From Myxococcota bacterium (GTDB lineage Bacteria > Myxococcota_A > UBA9160 > UBA6930): a stretch of DNA of 64,000 nt. The stretch's first letter is position 1. Every line of letters starts with the position of its first letter. Location: NCBI GenBank assembly GCA_965223705.1, contig OZ245015.1, positions 1,728,001-1,792,000 on the forward strand, read 5' to 3'. Positions 37,797-48,197 of the stretch are shown here, piece by piece. The notes beneath the pieces are model-generated. The model was given only the letters and a program-made list of their open reading frames with translations. It ran no database searches and was not told where the DNA came from. A program made the translations under genes and the position numbers.

Positions 37797-39145
37797 GAGG
37801 CGAACATTTCAACCGGCGCACCGGTGATCGCGGCAGCCTTACTCGGCGTCAGGTTGACGTCGAGTTCTTTCGCGCGCGCCAAATGGCGCTTCGCTTCATC
37901 GACACGACCTTGAAGGCTCCGGAGCACGACGAGCTGAAGCTCTGCGGGTATGAACTTCGGGTCGTACTTGAGCGCGCGCACGAACTCCGTATCGGCCTGA
38001 TCGATCTGACGGCTCGCCATGTACCCGCAACCGAGCGCATAGATCCAAAAGCCCAGGCCCGGGTCTTTCGGGCTGAGTTCGATGGAGCGCTTCAGTTCCG
38101 GAATGCCCTCGTCGGGACGCCGTTGCAGGATGAGCGCCGCACCGAGTGCAGCGTGCGCTTGCGCGTTGGACGGGTTGGTTTCGACCGCGCGTTCGAGGAG
38201 CGGCATACCGCGATCGAAGAATCCCAGATCGCAGAAAGTGCAGCCGGAGAAGCCGAGCACGTCCGAGGACCGGCTGTCGATCTCGATCGCTCGTTCGGCG
38301 AGCGTTAGGGCCTCTTCGCGGGTTTCCGGAGCGTCTTCGATCATTCCCTGGGTGATCGACAGCGCGATATTGAGAGCGAGTCGAGACTTGGCCAGCGCGA
38401 AGTCCGGATCGCGATCGATCGCTCGGCGCAAGTGCTCCTCGACCTTGCGAAAACCCTCGGCGTTAAAGCCCAGGGAATCGAGAGCCGCACTGGCCTGCTG
38501 GAAGTGATCCCACGCCGCGAGCTCGGTGTCCGGGAGGAGCGACACCCGGCGCACTTCGACCTGCCGCAGCTGTGTGCCGAGATGCGCGGCCGCCGCGGTT
38601 GCGAGATCGTCGATCGTGCGATCGATGTCGTCGATGGGACGATCGTACGCCTGCGTCCACTCACATTCGCCCTGGGCCGTAGAAACCAAATCGACGTCGA
38701 CGACGACCTGATCGCCTCGGATGCGCACCGTTCCGTCGACCGCGTAGCGAACCCCGAGCTCTTCTCCGATGGCCCGGTGATCGCGGGCTGGGCCGGCGAA
38801 CTGGAGCGCCGTTCCGTGCGCAATCACCGATACCCCCGTCGCCCGCGCCAGCCGCGCGTTGACCTCGCGGTGGACGATGTCCGCGAGAAACCGAGCGCGG
38901 GAACTCGACGTGTCTTCCCCGAGATGCCGAAAGGGGAGGACGACAACGCTCGGGGGTTCGAAACCCGCCTTCGTGTTGGGAGGCGCGGGCGCCGGCGCCG
39001 GCGTTGGCTCCGAGGGGGACCTGGGTCTGTTTCGGCGACGAAACGCGGAAAAGCCGAAAACGGCGACGCCGCCGAGCATTCCCAACACTTGAAGAATGCC
39101 CTCGTTGGCGTTTGCCCACGCTGCGACTGCGTCGAGGCCGTCCAC
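37793..39145 (-). CDS. Membrane-anchored TolB-like/TPR protein
   Basis: N-terminal TM; PSVVVLPF...LGVRYAVDGTVR; multiple TPR-like repeats (AIDRDPDFALA, AVETNPSNAQA, SIELSPKDP). Confidence 0.82.
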   Translation of the reverse strand: MDGLDAVAAWANANEGILQVLGMLGGVAVFGFSAFRRRNRPRSPSEPTPAPAPAPPNTKAGFEPPSVVVLPFRHLGEDTSSSRARFLADIVHREVNARLARATGVSVIAHGTALQFAGPARDHRAIGEELGVRYAVDGTVRIRGDQVVVDVDLVSTAQGECEWTQAYDRPIDDIDRTIDDLATAAAAHLGTQLRQVEVRRVSLLPDTELAAWDHFQQASAALDSLGFNAEGFRKVEEHLRRAIDRDPDFALAKSRLALNIALSITQGMIEDAPETREEALTLAERAIEIDSRSSDVLGFSGCTFCDLGFFDRGMPLLERAVETNPSNAQAHAALGAALILQRRPDEGIPELKRSIELSPKDPGLGFWIYALGCGYMASRQIDQADTEFVRALKYDPKFIPAELQLVVLRSLQGRVDEAKRHLARAKELDVNLTPSKAAAITGAPVEMFAS

Positions 39146-39155
39146 GACTGCGTCC

Positions 39156-39776
39156 TCAGGGGCCGGACCAACGGATGGAACAGATTTCCGCAGAGCGATC
39201 GTCGAGATTCCAAACGCGCCCGAAATCGCGGACTTTGGATTTCTGTCCGCGACCGATCACGATGCGATCGCTGACCCAGTAGGGCGAGTTCTCAATCGTG
39301 ACCGGCTCGCCGGGAGCGCTTCCGGGGATGGGAATGACGTTGCCCACGATCTTGTCGGCGGCGTTGATACGGCGGGTCTCGCCGCTTAGGTCGTAGCTCA
39401 CCGGGACCCGTTGCATTCCGAGGTAGTCCGACACGAGCAACGTGAGGAGACCCGAATTGCCCCGAGCCTGTCCCGTGAAAATCTGCTCGAGGGCTTCGGC
39501 TTGATCGTCGTCGGCGCGGTCGTCGACGTAGAGCGCGACCGTCCAGCCGCCTTCGGACATCCTCCCCGGGATGTCGAGCAAATGCACCACGTTTAGGCCG
39601 GAGAGATCGATGTCTCCGTAGCTCCCGGCATCGACCCGCGTCGCCATGAACGCCTGGCAATACCCCTGAGTCGGTTGTGCACGGCCCAGTGACACCACGC
39701 AGGGACAAAACACATCGCAGTTGCAGTTGACGACGATTTCACCTTCGATCGTCCACGGTTCTACGCTCGTACCCAA
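39156..39776 (-). CDS. DUF1326-like protein
   Basis: W.IEG....CNC...CPC.......PT.G.C and YVDDRA..Q..AL..IF.G motifs. Confidence 0.85.
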   Translation of the reverse strand: MGTSVEPWTIEGEIVVNCNCDVFCPCVVSLGRAQPTQGYCQAFMATRVDAGSYGDIDLSGLNVVHLLDIPGRMSEGGWTVALYVDDRADDDQAEALEQIFTGQARGNSGLLTLLVSDYLGMQRVPVSYDLSGETRRINAADKIVGNVIPIPGSAPGEPVTIENSPYWVSDRIVIGRGQKSKVRDFGRVWNLDDRSAEICSIRWSGP

Positions 39777-39792
39777 TGGCGCCTCCAGGGCT

Positions 39793-40554
39793 TTACACGA
39801 GTTGACGGGCGGAGACGGCGACTCCGGCCGCGATCAGCATAGCTCCCACGGCTCGGCTCCACAGCTCGGGCGCGGGCAAGACGCGCTCGGCAACGCAGTA
39901 CGCCGCAATCGCGATCATGCCCCATAGAGCCATGATTCCGAACACGAACATGAGCCCCATCAACGCGATGCAGCATCCGACGCAGTAAACGCCATGGCGC
40001 GCGCCCAGGAGGAAACCGGCGGGGCCACCGCTCCTCCAATGCGCCAACAGAAATGCGATCGGCGAGCGGCAATGCCGCAGGCAGGCGTCTTTCATGGGCA
40101 GCCACTGGTAGATGCCCGCGACGATGAGGAGACACGCCGCCGTCCACGGTGCGGCGACGGTGCCGCCGGAGAGGAACCATTCGGTGTTGCGGAGCCCCAA
40201 CTGGAGGCCCGCCGCAGCGAGCGCAAAGGTCGACCAAACCGCGAAATAGCCCGCGGAAAACGCAATCGCGGCGACCCACCAGGGCACTCCTCCGGCGTCG
40301 CGCTGCGCGACGTCGCAGTACGCCGCGAGCATGGGCGCCATCGCGGGCAGCATCATCGCGAACATCATGAGGAGCCACATCCCCGCCGTCGAAGCGATGA
40401 GCGGCCCCGAAAGCGGGGGTGCCGCCATCGGTCCCATACCGCCGTGGTGCATGGACGACATGGCGCTGCCGAGCGCGAACCACGCCGCCAGCCCGATGAG
40501 ACTGAGTGTCGCCAAGGCGATGAGACGAGGATCGTCGACCCGAGGGCGCGGCAT
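39793..40554 (-). CDS. DUF2182-like putative metal-binding membrane protein
   Basis: WLLMMFAMMLP, AGIYQWLPMKDACLRHCRSP and GVYCVGCC..LM motifs. Confidence 0.88.
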   Translation of the reverse strand: MPRPRVDDPRLIALATLSLIGLAAWFALGSAMSSMHHGGMGPMAAPPLSGPLIASTAGMWLLMMFAMMLPAMAPMLAAYCDVAQRDAGGVPWWVAAIAFSAGYFAVWSTFALAAAGLQLGLRNTEWFLSGGTVAAPWTAACLLIVAGIYQWLPMKDACLRHCRSPIAFLLAHWRSGGPAGFLLGARHGVYCVGCCIALMGLMFVFGIMALWGMIAIAAYCVAERVLPAPELWSRAVGAMLIAAGVAVSARQLV

Positions 40555-40558
40555 CGAC

Positions 40559-41236
40559 CTACTCGGGGGCGGCCCCACCCACGGTTGTCGCACCGGCCTC
40601 GCCGATGGAGCGTTCGATGGCCTGACGCAGGACTTCGGGCGGTTGCGCACCGCCCAGGGCGTAGCGCCCACCCACGACGAAGAAGGGTACACCGCTTACG
40701 CCGAGCTGATGAGCCCGTGCCTCGTCTTCGCGAACTTCTTGCCCGTAGCGATCACTCGAGAGGACTTCATCGACTTCGCCGGTCGGAAGCGCGACGTCGC
40801 TCGCGGCCTGGGCCAGGACACCGCGATGACTGATCGCGTCGCCTTCCTCGAGGTAACGCTTGAACAGACGCTCCTTGAGTGCGGTTTGGACGCCGTGTTC
40901 TCGCGCCAAGTGCAGTAGGCGGTGAGCATCGAACGTGTTGCCCGGCCGGATGCGATCGAAGCGAAGGGAGACGCCTGCGTTTTCGCCGGCCCGGGTGATG
41001 CGATCGATCATCTCCTGCGCTTGCTCTTGCGGCACACCGTACTTCGCCGAAATGCGGGCGGCGTAGTCGACCGGTTCCTCGGGGCTAGGCGGTGCATTGG
41101 GATCGAGTTCGAAGGAGCGCCAGGTCACGTCGAGGACGATCTCGACGCCCTCGGCGGCTGCTTCGAGGTGGCGTTTTCCAATCCAACACCAAGGGCAGGC
41201 GACGTCGGACCAAATCTCAACCGGCAACACGTTCAT
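40559..41236 (-). CDS. DsbA family oxidoreductase (FrnE-like)
   Basis: WSDVACPWCWIG, FELDP, NTFDAHRL, GVSGVPFF and GAQP motifs. Confidence 0.92.
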   Translation of the reverse strand: MNVLPVEIWSDVACPWCWIGKRHLEAAAEGVEIVLDVTWRSFELDPNAPPSPEEPVDYAARISAKYGVPQEQAQEMIDRITRAGENAGVSLRFDRIRPGNTFDAHRLLHLAREHGVQTALKERLFKRYLEEGDAISHRGVLAQAASDVALPTGEVDEVLSSDRYGQEVREDEARAHQLGVSGVPFFVVGGRYALGGAQPPEVLRQAIERSIGEAGATTVGGAAPE

Positions 41237-41259
41237 CGTGGAAAGCTAGCACGGCGTTT

Positions 41260-42051
41260 CTACGCTTGGCGCAGCACGCCCTGGATGTCGACCCGCGTGC
41301 GCAGAATCTCGAGCTCTTCGTGGGAGGGAGGCTCCGTTTCAGGCACGTGCTCCGGGACGATCAGCCGAAAACCGGTTTGGGCCGCAACGTCCTCGGGGCG
41401 GACACCCGGATGGACCGAGCGGAGCCGCATGCGCTTCTCGTTTTCGCTGAAATCCATGACACACAACGGCGTGACGCAAAACTTCGGTCCCCCGCCGGGC
41501 AAACCGAGCTTCGTACGCGCGTCGGGGCCGCCGTCGCCGAAGCCCACGGTGCTCCGAAAGTCGCACCGTTCGACCAACACTCGCGGACTGTGGTTGTTGA
41601 GGACGATGTAGTAGCGGCCGACGTGGGTGCTGAGCGTCGGTGTGCCGACCGACCCCGGGCCGCGGAACTTGAGCTTGCGATGATTCTCGCCGATGCCGAT
41701 CAGATTCGTGTTGCCGTACGGGTCGACTTGAATGCCCCCGATAAAAAAGACCCGCTTGTGCCAAGAGCGCACGTCTTCGAAACGGTTGCCCCGATCGCTG
41801 TAGGACTCCGCCCAACGGACGACTCGACGATCCCAACCGAACGCCGGTATGGGCAAGCTCTCGAGATGCGCCACGTTCATACGGGCCCCGAGAAAGATCA
41901 GCTCCATGTTCGGCCCGTGCATGATGTGGGCGAGACGCACGGCGGCTTCGGGTACGGGGAGGGCAACGCCCACTTGTAGCTGTTCACCGTCGCGCAGCTC
42001 GCGCGCGAGAAAAACAGCCATGAGTTCGCGGACGGAGAAGAGAGGCGACAC
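41260..42051 (-). CDS. CoA-transferase beta subunit (glutaconate CoA-transferase-like)
   Basis: GGIQVDPYGNTNL, GPGSVG, GGPKFCVTPL and HPGV....V...TGF motifs. Confidence 0.88.
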   Translation of the reverse strand: MSPLFSVRELMAVFLARELRDGEQLQVGVALPVPEAAVRLAHIMHGPNMELIFLGARMNVAHLESLPIPAFGWDRRVVRWAESYSDRGNRFEDVRSWHKRVFFIGGIQVDPYGNTNLIGIGENHRKLKFRGPGSVGTPTLSTHVGRYYIVLNNHSPRVLVERCDFRSTVGFGDGGPDARTKLGLPGGGPKFCVTPLCVMDFSENEKRMRLRSVHPGVRPEDVAAQTGFRLIVPEHVPETEPPSHEELEILRTRVDIQGVLRQA

Positions 42052-42059
42052 AGGAGCTC

Positions 42060-42932
42060 CTAGTATTCGTGAAGCGACAGGAGGCGTTTGATCCCGATCT
42101 GTTCGAGATAGTCCGCGTGGGTTTCACGGTCGCGGCAGTAGCGACCGAGAAAGCTGCCGAGCGCGTCGCCGGGAGTCGTTGTCGCGGCTTCGAGGTAATC
42201 CCGCAGGAAAGGCTTGTCCTGGACGTAGTGGCCGCGGGAATAGAACGGATGGGCTCCGTAGGGCATGCGCACGACGGCGTCTGCGCCCGCAATCGTCGTT
42301 GCCCACGGATTCGCACGGACGTCTTCGTTCGAAACGATCTTCTCGACCTGAACGATCGTGCGTTCTGCTGCGCGGTGCAGAAACAGGTCGAGCCATCCCG
42401 GGCCGCCGAGATGTTGGACGTTACCGAACGCATCGGACGCCGCGGCGTGCAGAATCGTTATGTCGGGGTGGATCGGAGGTACGGCGAGGAGGGTCTCCCC
42501 CGAGATGGGATCGGACATCACCTTGAGATCGGGGTTCACTTCGGGAAGTGAAGTGCCGACGCCGCCGCGCCAAGGCAGGAAGGGAAGGCCCTGCGCCGCA
42601 GCTTGCAGACCGGCCGTCAGGATTCCCTCTTCGCACTCCCACACTTCGAGCCTTCCCTGCTCCGCAGCTCTCCGAAACGTCGGTGCGACCGGAACACCGA
42701 TGCCGCCGCCCGCGTAGTAACTCACCACTTTTCGCACGCAGTTGCCGGCGACGAGCCAGTCCAAGGACACGCCGCTCCCCACGACGGTGAGATCGCGCAC
42801 ACCGCGGCGGATGAGGTGCCGCACCATCGCCATCGGGGCCGGCTCACCAAACGCGACCGTCATGCCGTCGGTGATCCAGTCGGCAACTTCGAGCTCGTCG
42901 TAGATTCTTTCGGTGCGCTTTGCGTGCGACAT
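42060..42932 (-). CDS. CoA-transferase alpha subunit
   Basis: PMAMVRHLIR, LQAAAQGLPFLP, DITILHA..SD.FGN and PYGAHP motifs. Confidence 0.9.
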   Translation of the reverse strand: MSHAKRTERIYDELEVADWITDGMTVAFGEPAPMAMVRHLIRRGVRDLTVVGSGVSLDWLVAGNCVRKVVSYYAGGGIGVPVAPTFRRAAEQGRLEVWECEEGILTAGLQAAAQGLPFLPWRGGVGTSLPEVNPDLKVMSDPISGETLLAVPPIHPDITILHAAASDAFGNVQHLGGPGWLDLFLHRAAERTIVQVEKIVSNEDVRANPWATTIAGADAVVRMPYGAHPFYSRGHYVQDKPFLRDYLEAATTTPGDALGSFLGRYCRDRETHADYLEQIGIKRLLSLHEY

Positions 42933-43049
42933 TGCACAAGCGTAACACCGGTCCCGCCGGTCGGAGTTGGCTACCTTTTTCGCGCGGTAGGCCCGATCGA
43001 GGCGGCCGTTTTGACAGCTGCCTCGGGCCCGTTACCTGGAGGAGGCACT

Positions 43050-43475
43050 GTGGATCGCGAGCGAGCTCTCAATCTTCTCGGGCAGGGCGAACCGGGAGTC
43101 GAGCGGTGGAATCGCTGGAGGTTGCGCCGCGAGGATCCACCCGATCTTCGGCACGCCAATCTCCACGGCGCGGATCTCCGCGGAGCGAACCTGTCGGAAA
43201 TGAAGCTCCAACAATCGGATCTCGGAGAGGCCGATCTGTCGGGTGCGAACCTCGAGCGAGCGGATCTCAACAACGCGAATCTCCGCCGCGCGAACCTCGA
43301 GCACGCGGCATTGCGCTCGGCCGACCTCCACGGGGCGAACTTTCACAGCGCGGATCTGCGCGGCGCCGACCTGCGTCACGCAATTGTCCGAAAGGCGTCG
43401 TTCACCGACGCTCGGGTGGACGACGACACGCGCACGGACGGTTTCAAGATCGGGGAATCAAACCGGCGTCGCTAG
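43050..43475 (+). CDS. Pentapeptide repeat protein
   Basis: GGAGG RBS + GTG; WNRWR, then tandem A(D/N)Lxx repeats. Confidence 0.9.
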   Translation: MDRERALNLLGQGEPGVERWNRWRLRREDPPDLRHANLHGADLRGANLSEMKLQQSDLGEADLSGANLERADLNNANLRRANLEHAALRSADLHGANFHSADLRGADLRHAIVRKASFTDARVDDDTRTDGFKIGESNRRR

Positions 43476-43480
43476 TCCCG

Positions 43481-44458
43481 TCACTCGCTCGATTGGAGCG
43501 CTTCAAACTCCTGTCGAACGGTCGCCAACACGTCGTCGCCGAGGCCCAGGGCGTCGCGCGCCGTCGCGAGGGTCTTCTCCGTGCAGCGATCGATCTCCGA
43601 ATGGCTGCTGACGCAGTCGCGCTCGAGCTCGGTCATCACGCGGACGCCCTCGTCCTCTTTGGGCACCACGCCCGCACCGCACTCGTGGGCGAGGTCGTCA
43701 GCAACTGCAAGCGTGGCGGCGAGGGGGTCGACCTCGCCACCCACCAGGACTTGGTGGTGTGCTCCGATGGCGGCACGCAGGCTTTCGGGTAGCTCCCAAC
43801 GCTCCGCCATCAACGCACCGGCGTGTTGATGCACCCGGTCGACGGCGGGCCAAATCGAGATCAGATCGGGAGGCGTTTTTCGCGCACCCTTGCGCTCGGA
43901 CAAGGCGAGCAACGTGCCGGCAATTCCGACGTCGTGAAGAAGGCCCGCGAGAAAAGCGAACTCCGCGTCGATCTTGGTGTGCTTGGAAACCATCTTTGAG
44001 AGCTGGGCGGTCGCAGAACTGTGTTTCCGCAGAAGCTCCATCGTGTCGGCGTAGTCGTCGGACCGGAACACTTTCAGATTCATCGCGATTTCCATCACGA
44101 TGTCGCGAAGCGTGTTCAGTCCCAACCGCATCAGCGCATCGCGTAGCGAGGCCAACGGACTGGCACCGGAATAGATCGGGGACTGCACGAGTTTCAGGAT
44201 TCGCCCCGCGATCATGCTGTCCTGCTCGAGGAGCGCGACGACGTCGTCGATCTCGACATCGCTTTGCTGTGAGAGGCGCATCAAGTCGGTGGCGACGGTC
44301 GGCAGGGTCGGCGGCTGGTAGTCCGGCGCGTTGATGCACGACATCAACGTCTTGACCATATCCTCCTGATCGAGCAGCACATCATCGCCTTCGGCGATAG
44401 CTGCGCGCCCTTGTCCGTAACCCTCTTCGTCCTTGCTCTTTCCCTTGCGTCGCAGCAT
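43481..44458 (-). CDS. HDOD domain-containing protein
   Basis: PTLP, D..IAGRILKLVQS, A.MRLG, FLAGLLHDVG and W.LPE.L..AI..HH motifs. Confidence 0.92.
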   Translation of the reverse strand: MLRRKGKSKDEEGYGQGRAAIAEGDDVLLDQEDMVKTLMSCINAPDYQPPTLPTVATDLMRLSQQSDVEIDDVVALLEQDSMIAGRILKLVQSPIYSGASPLASLRDALMRLGLNTLRDIVMEIAMNLKVFRSDDYADTMELLRKHSSATAQLSKMVSKHTKIDAEFAFLAGLLHDVGIAGTLLALSERKGARKTPPDLISIWPAVDRVHQHAGALMAERWELPESLRAAIGAHHQVLVGGEVDPLAATLAVADDLAHECGAGVVPKEDEGVRVMTELERDCVSSHSEIDRCTEKTLATARDALGLGDDVLATVRQEFEALQSSE

Positions 44459-44538
44459 AGACTCAGGCCTCCCGACCCTTCATCGGCATGCACGCCGAGT
44501 GCCTGGTCAGGGATTCACTCGAGCTATTGGTCGAGGTT

Positions 44539-45948
<1,410 letters not shown>

Positions 45949-45974
45949 GGTGACAGCGCTGCTAGACTGAGTGA

Positions 45975-46724
45975 TTGGAGAACTCTGTGCAAGCTTCCGA
46001 CGCGCGTGAATTGCTTTTCGTCACCGGTGGATCGAGCGGGATCGGCCGCGCGTTGATCGAGGGCTGTCCCCATGCCGAGACGCGGGTGGTGAACCTGAGT
46101 CGGCGCGCCGTCGACGGTGTCGTGAATATTGCCGTCGATCTGTGCGAGCCAGCCGGCTGGGACGCCGCGGCCCGGGCATTCGAGTCTGAGCTCTCGAACT
46201 TCGGGGGTCGTCGGGCGATTCTGGTGCATTCCGCTGGGACGCTGACGCCGATCGGGTTCGCCGGAGAAAAAGGCGCCGCCTCGTACCGTCGCAACATCTT
46301 GTTGAACTCGGCTGCGCCGCAAATCGTGGGCGACGCTTTTTTGCGCGCGCTCGGTTCTCACTCTTGCGAAGCGCTCCTGGTCTTTATCGGCTCCGGCGCC
46401 TCGCAATCGGCCTACGCGGGCTGGTCGGGGTATTGCGGCGGCAAAGCCGCTGTCGATCAGTGGACGCGCACCGTGGGGCTCGAGCGAACGTTGCGCACGA
46501 CATCGCGAAAAGTTCTGTGTGTCGCACCGGGAATCGTTCAAACAGCGATGCAGGCGGAGATTCGCGACACGAGCGCGAACGACTTCCCGGAAGTCAAGAT
46601 GTTCATCGAGTTGCACGAGGGTGGTTCCCTTCGCACGAGCGAAGAGGTCGCGCGCGATCTGTGGCAGCTCATCGATGATCCCGCGACGGAGAACGGGTCC
46701 GTTCTCGATCTCCGAACGCGCTAG
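45975..46724 (+). CDS. Short-chain dehydrogenase (benzil/sepiapterin reductase-like)
   Basis: TGGSSGIG, YCGGK (YxxxK) and APGIVQTAMQ motifs. Confidence 0.9.
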   Translation: MENSVQASDARELLFVTGGSSGIGRALIEGCPHAETRVVNLSRRAVDGVVNIAVDLCEPAGWDAAARAFESELSNFGGRRAILVHSAGTLTPIGFAGEKGAASYRRNILLNSAAPQIVGDAFLRALGSHSCEALLVFIGSGASQSAYAGWSGYCGGKAAVDQWTRTVGLERTLRTTSRKVLCVAPGIVQTAMQAEIRDTSANDFPEVKMFIELHEGGSLRTSEEVARDLWQLIDDPATENGSVLDLRTR

Positions 46725-47176
46725 CGAACCTCGAGTAGCTCCACCGCGAATTGAAGGGTCGCGTCGGGCGGAATCGTCGGAGGGGCGCCCGCCTCGCCGT
46801 AAGCGATGGCGGCGGGACAGGTCAGGTGGGCTTTGGCTCCGACCTTCATGTGCTGGAGGGCTTCCGTCCAACACGCGATGACGCCGTTCACGGGGAACAC
46901 GGCGGGAATGCCTCGGTCGATGCTGCTGTCGAAAACGCGTCCGTCGGGGAACGTCCCGTGGTAGTGCACGACGACCGTGTCGGCTTCACCCGGAGATGCG
47001 CCGCTCCCCCGTTCGACGCGCTGGATGATCAGGCCCGATGGAAACTCTTCCGCTTCCGCCGCTGCCTCCGGGGAACCCTGGGGGCTCTCTCCGGGCTTCT
47101 CAGCGCGCTCGCAGGCGCTGAGGAGCAGAATCATCGCAGCCGGCACGACGACGAAAACCAACCAGTTGCGTCGCAT
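46721..47176 (-). CDS. FKBP-type peptidyl-prolyl isomerase, lipoprotein
   Basis: LSAC lipobox; VHYHG, FDSS, VI..WTEAL, AYG and IPP.ATL.F.VEL motifs. Confidence 0.93.
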   Translation of the reverse strand: MRRNWLVFVVVPAAMILLLSACERAEKPGESPQGSPEAAAEAEEFPSGLIIQRVERGSGASPGEADTVVVHYHGTFPDGRVFDSSIDRGIPAVFPVNGVIACWTEALQHMKVGAKAHLTCPAAIAYGEAGAPPTIPPDATLQFAVELLEVR

Positions 47177-47296
47177 GTGAACCTCCCTAAGCGAAAGCGG
47201 CGCCAAGCCTAGGCGATTCTTCAGCTCGCGCAGGTTTCTTGGTCGACGCGACCTCGGCTCGGGTACCGTTGTGGCTCAAGTGTGCTCGGAGGGCCC

Positions 47297-47704
47297 ATGT
47301 CACAGTCAATGATCGCTCTGGTCGGTTTCGGTCTTTGGACCATCATCTTGGTATTCCTGCTCGCGAACGTTCGACTCGCTGTCACTATGAAAAGTGGCAA
47401 GGAACTGAACACGTTCTCTCCCGACGGTAAGGACGTCGACGGCTTCGCTCAGCGACTGACGCGCGCACATCTCAATTGTCTGGAACTCCTTCCGGTGGCG
47501 GGAGCCGTCATGCTGTCCGCGGCGGTGACAGGCAACGGAGGCATCACCGATCCGTGGGCCATGATTCTCCTGTATGCGCGGATCGGGCAGTCCGTGATCC
47601 ATCTCATCGGGACGAGCGTTCCGCTGGTGCTCATCCGCGCGACCTTGTTCGTGGTCCAACTCGTGATTTTGGCGATCTGGTCGTACAAGCTCTTGACCCT
47701 GTGA
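47297..47704 (+). CDS. MAPEG family membrane protein
   Basis: RLTRAHLNCLE and ARIGQSVIH motifs; 4 TM. Confidence 0.88.
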   Translation: MSQSMIALVGFGLWTIILVFLLANVRLAVTMKSGKELNTFSPDGKDVDGFAQRLTRAHLNCLELLPVAGAVMLSAAVTGNGGITDPWAMILLYARIGQSVIHLIGTSVPLVLIRATLFVVQLVILAIWSYKLLTL

Positions 47705-47814
47705 TGTCTTAGGCACCCGCGTCGGCGATTCTGCGGGTTTGTACGACCGTTCTAAAAGCCTGCCCGCGCAGGTTTTCGGGTCGAAAAAAACTCAACAGAA
47801 TCGTTGATTTACGG

Positions 47815-47830
47815 TGTGCGATCGGTCACA
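47815..47830. promoter_or_regulatory. CRP/FNR-family-like binding site
   Basis: TGTGC-GATCGG-TCACA (9/10 match) in an AT-richer intergenic region; TCAAC-N6-GTTGA palindrome just upstream (47792-47807). Confidence 0.5.
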
Positions 47831-47890
47831 GAACGGGTGCGGTTCAGATGGAAACCTTCGCGTGAGAACGGACTCATGCGAGGAGCTCAC

Positions 47891-48139
47891 ATGATCATTC
47901 GCTGCCCGCGATGCGGGGCAACGGCAGCGGCCGAATTCGATGAGAGCCTGGAAGAGGGCGCTCTTCTTCCGCGCGCCGCGCGCGTTGTCACTGGAAAGAC
48001 CGTGTCGATGAACTGCATCGATCGCGGATCGGCCGTTTGCAAATCGCTCACGCTCGAGGCGAAAGCGCTCGCACCCAACGCGAAGACGGAGCCGGAGCGC
48101 GAGCTGGCGTTGGTACCGGGAATGGTTCCCGCCGTTTAG
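47891..48139 (+). CDS. Small hypothetical Cys-containing protein (82 aa)
   Basis: GAGGAG RBS; MIIRCPRC...C-x7-C. Confidence 0.55.
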   Translation: MIIRCPRCGATAAAEFDESLEEGALLPRAARVVTGKTVSMNCIDRGSAVCKSLTLEAKALAPNAKTEPERELALVPGMVPAV

Positions 48140-48197
48140 AGGGCGCAGCCAATACGATCGCGGCATACTGGTCTGCTCGACAGGAGGAGACCACGCC

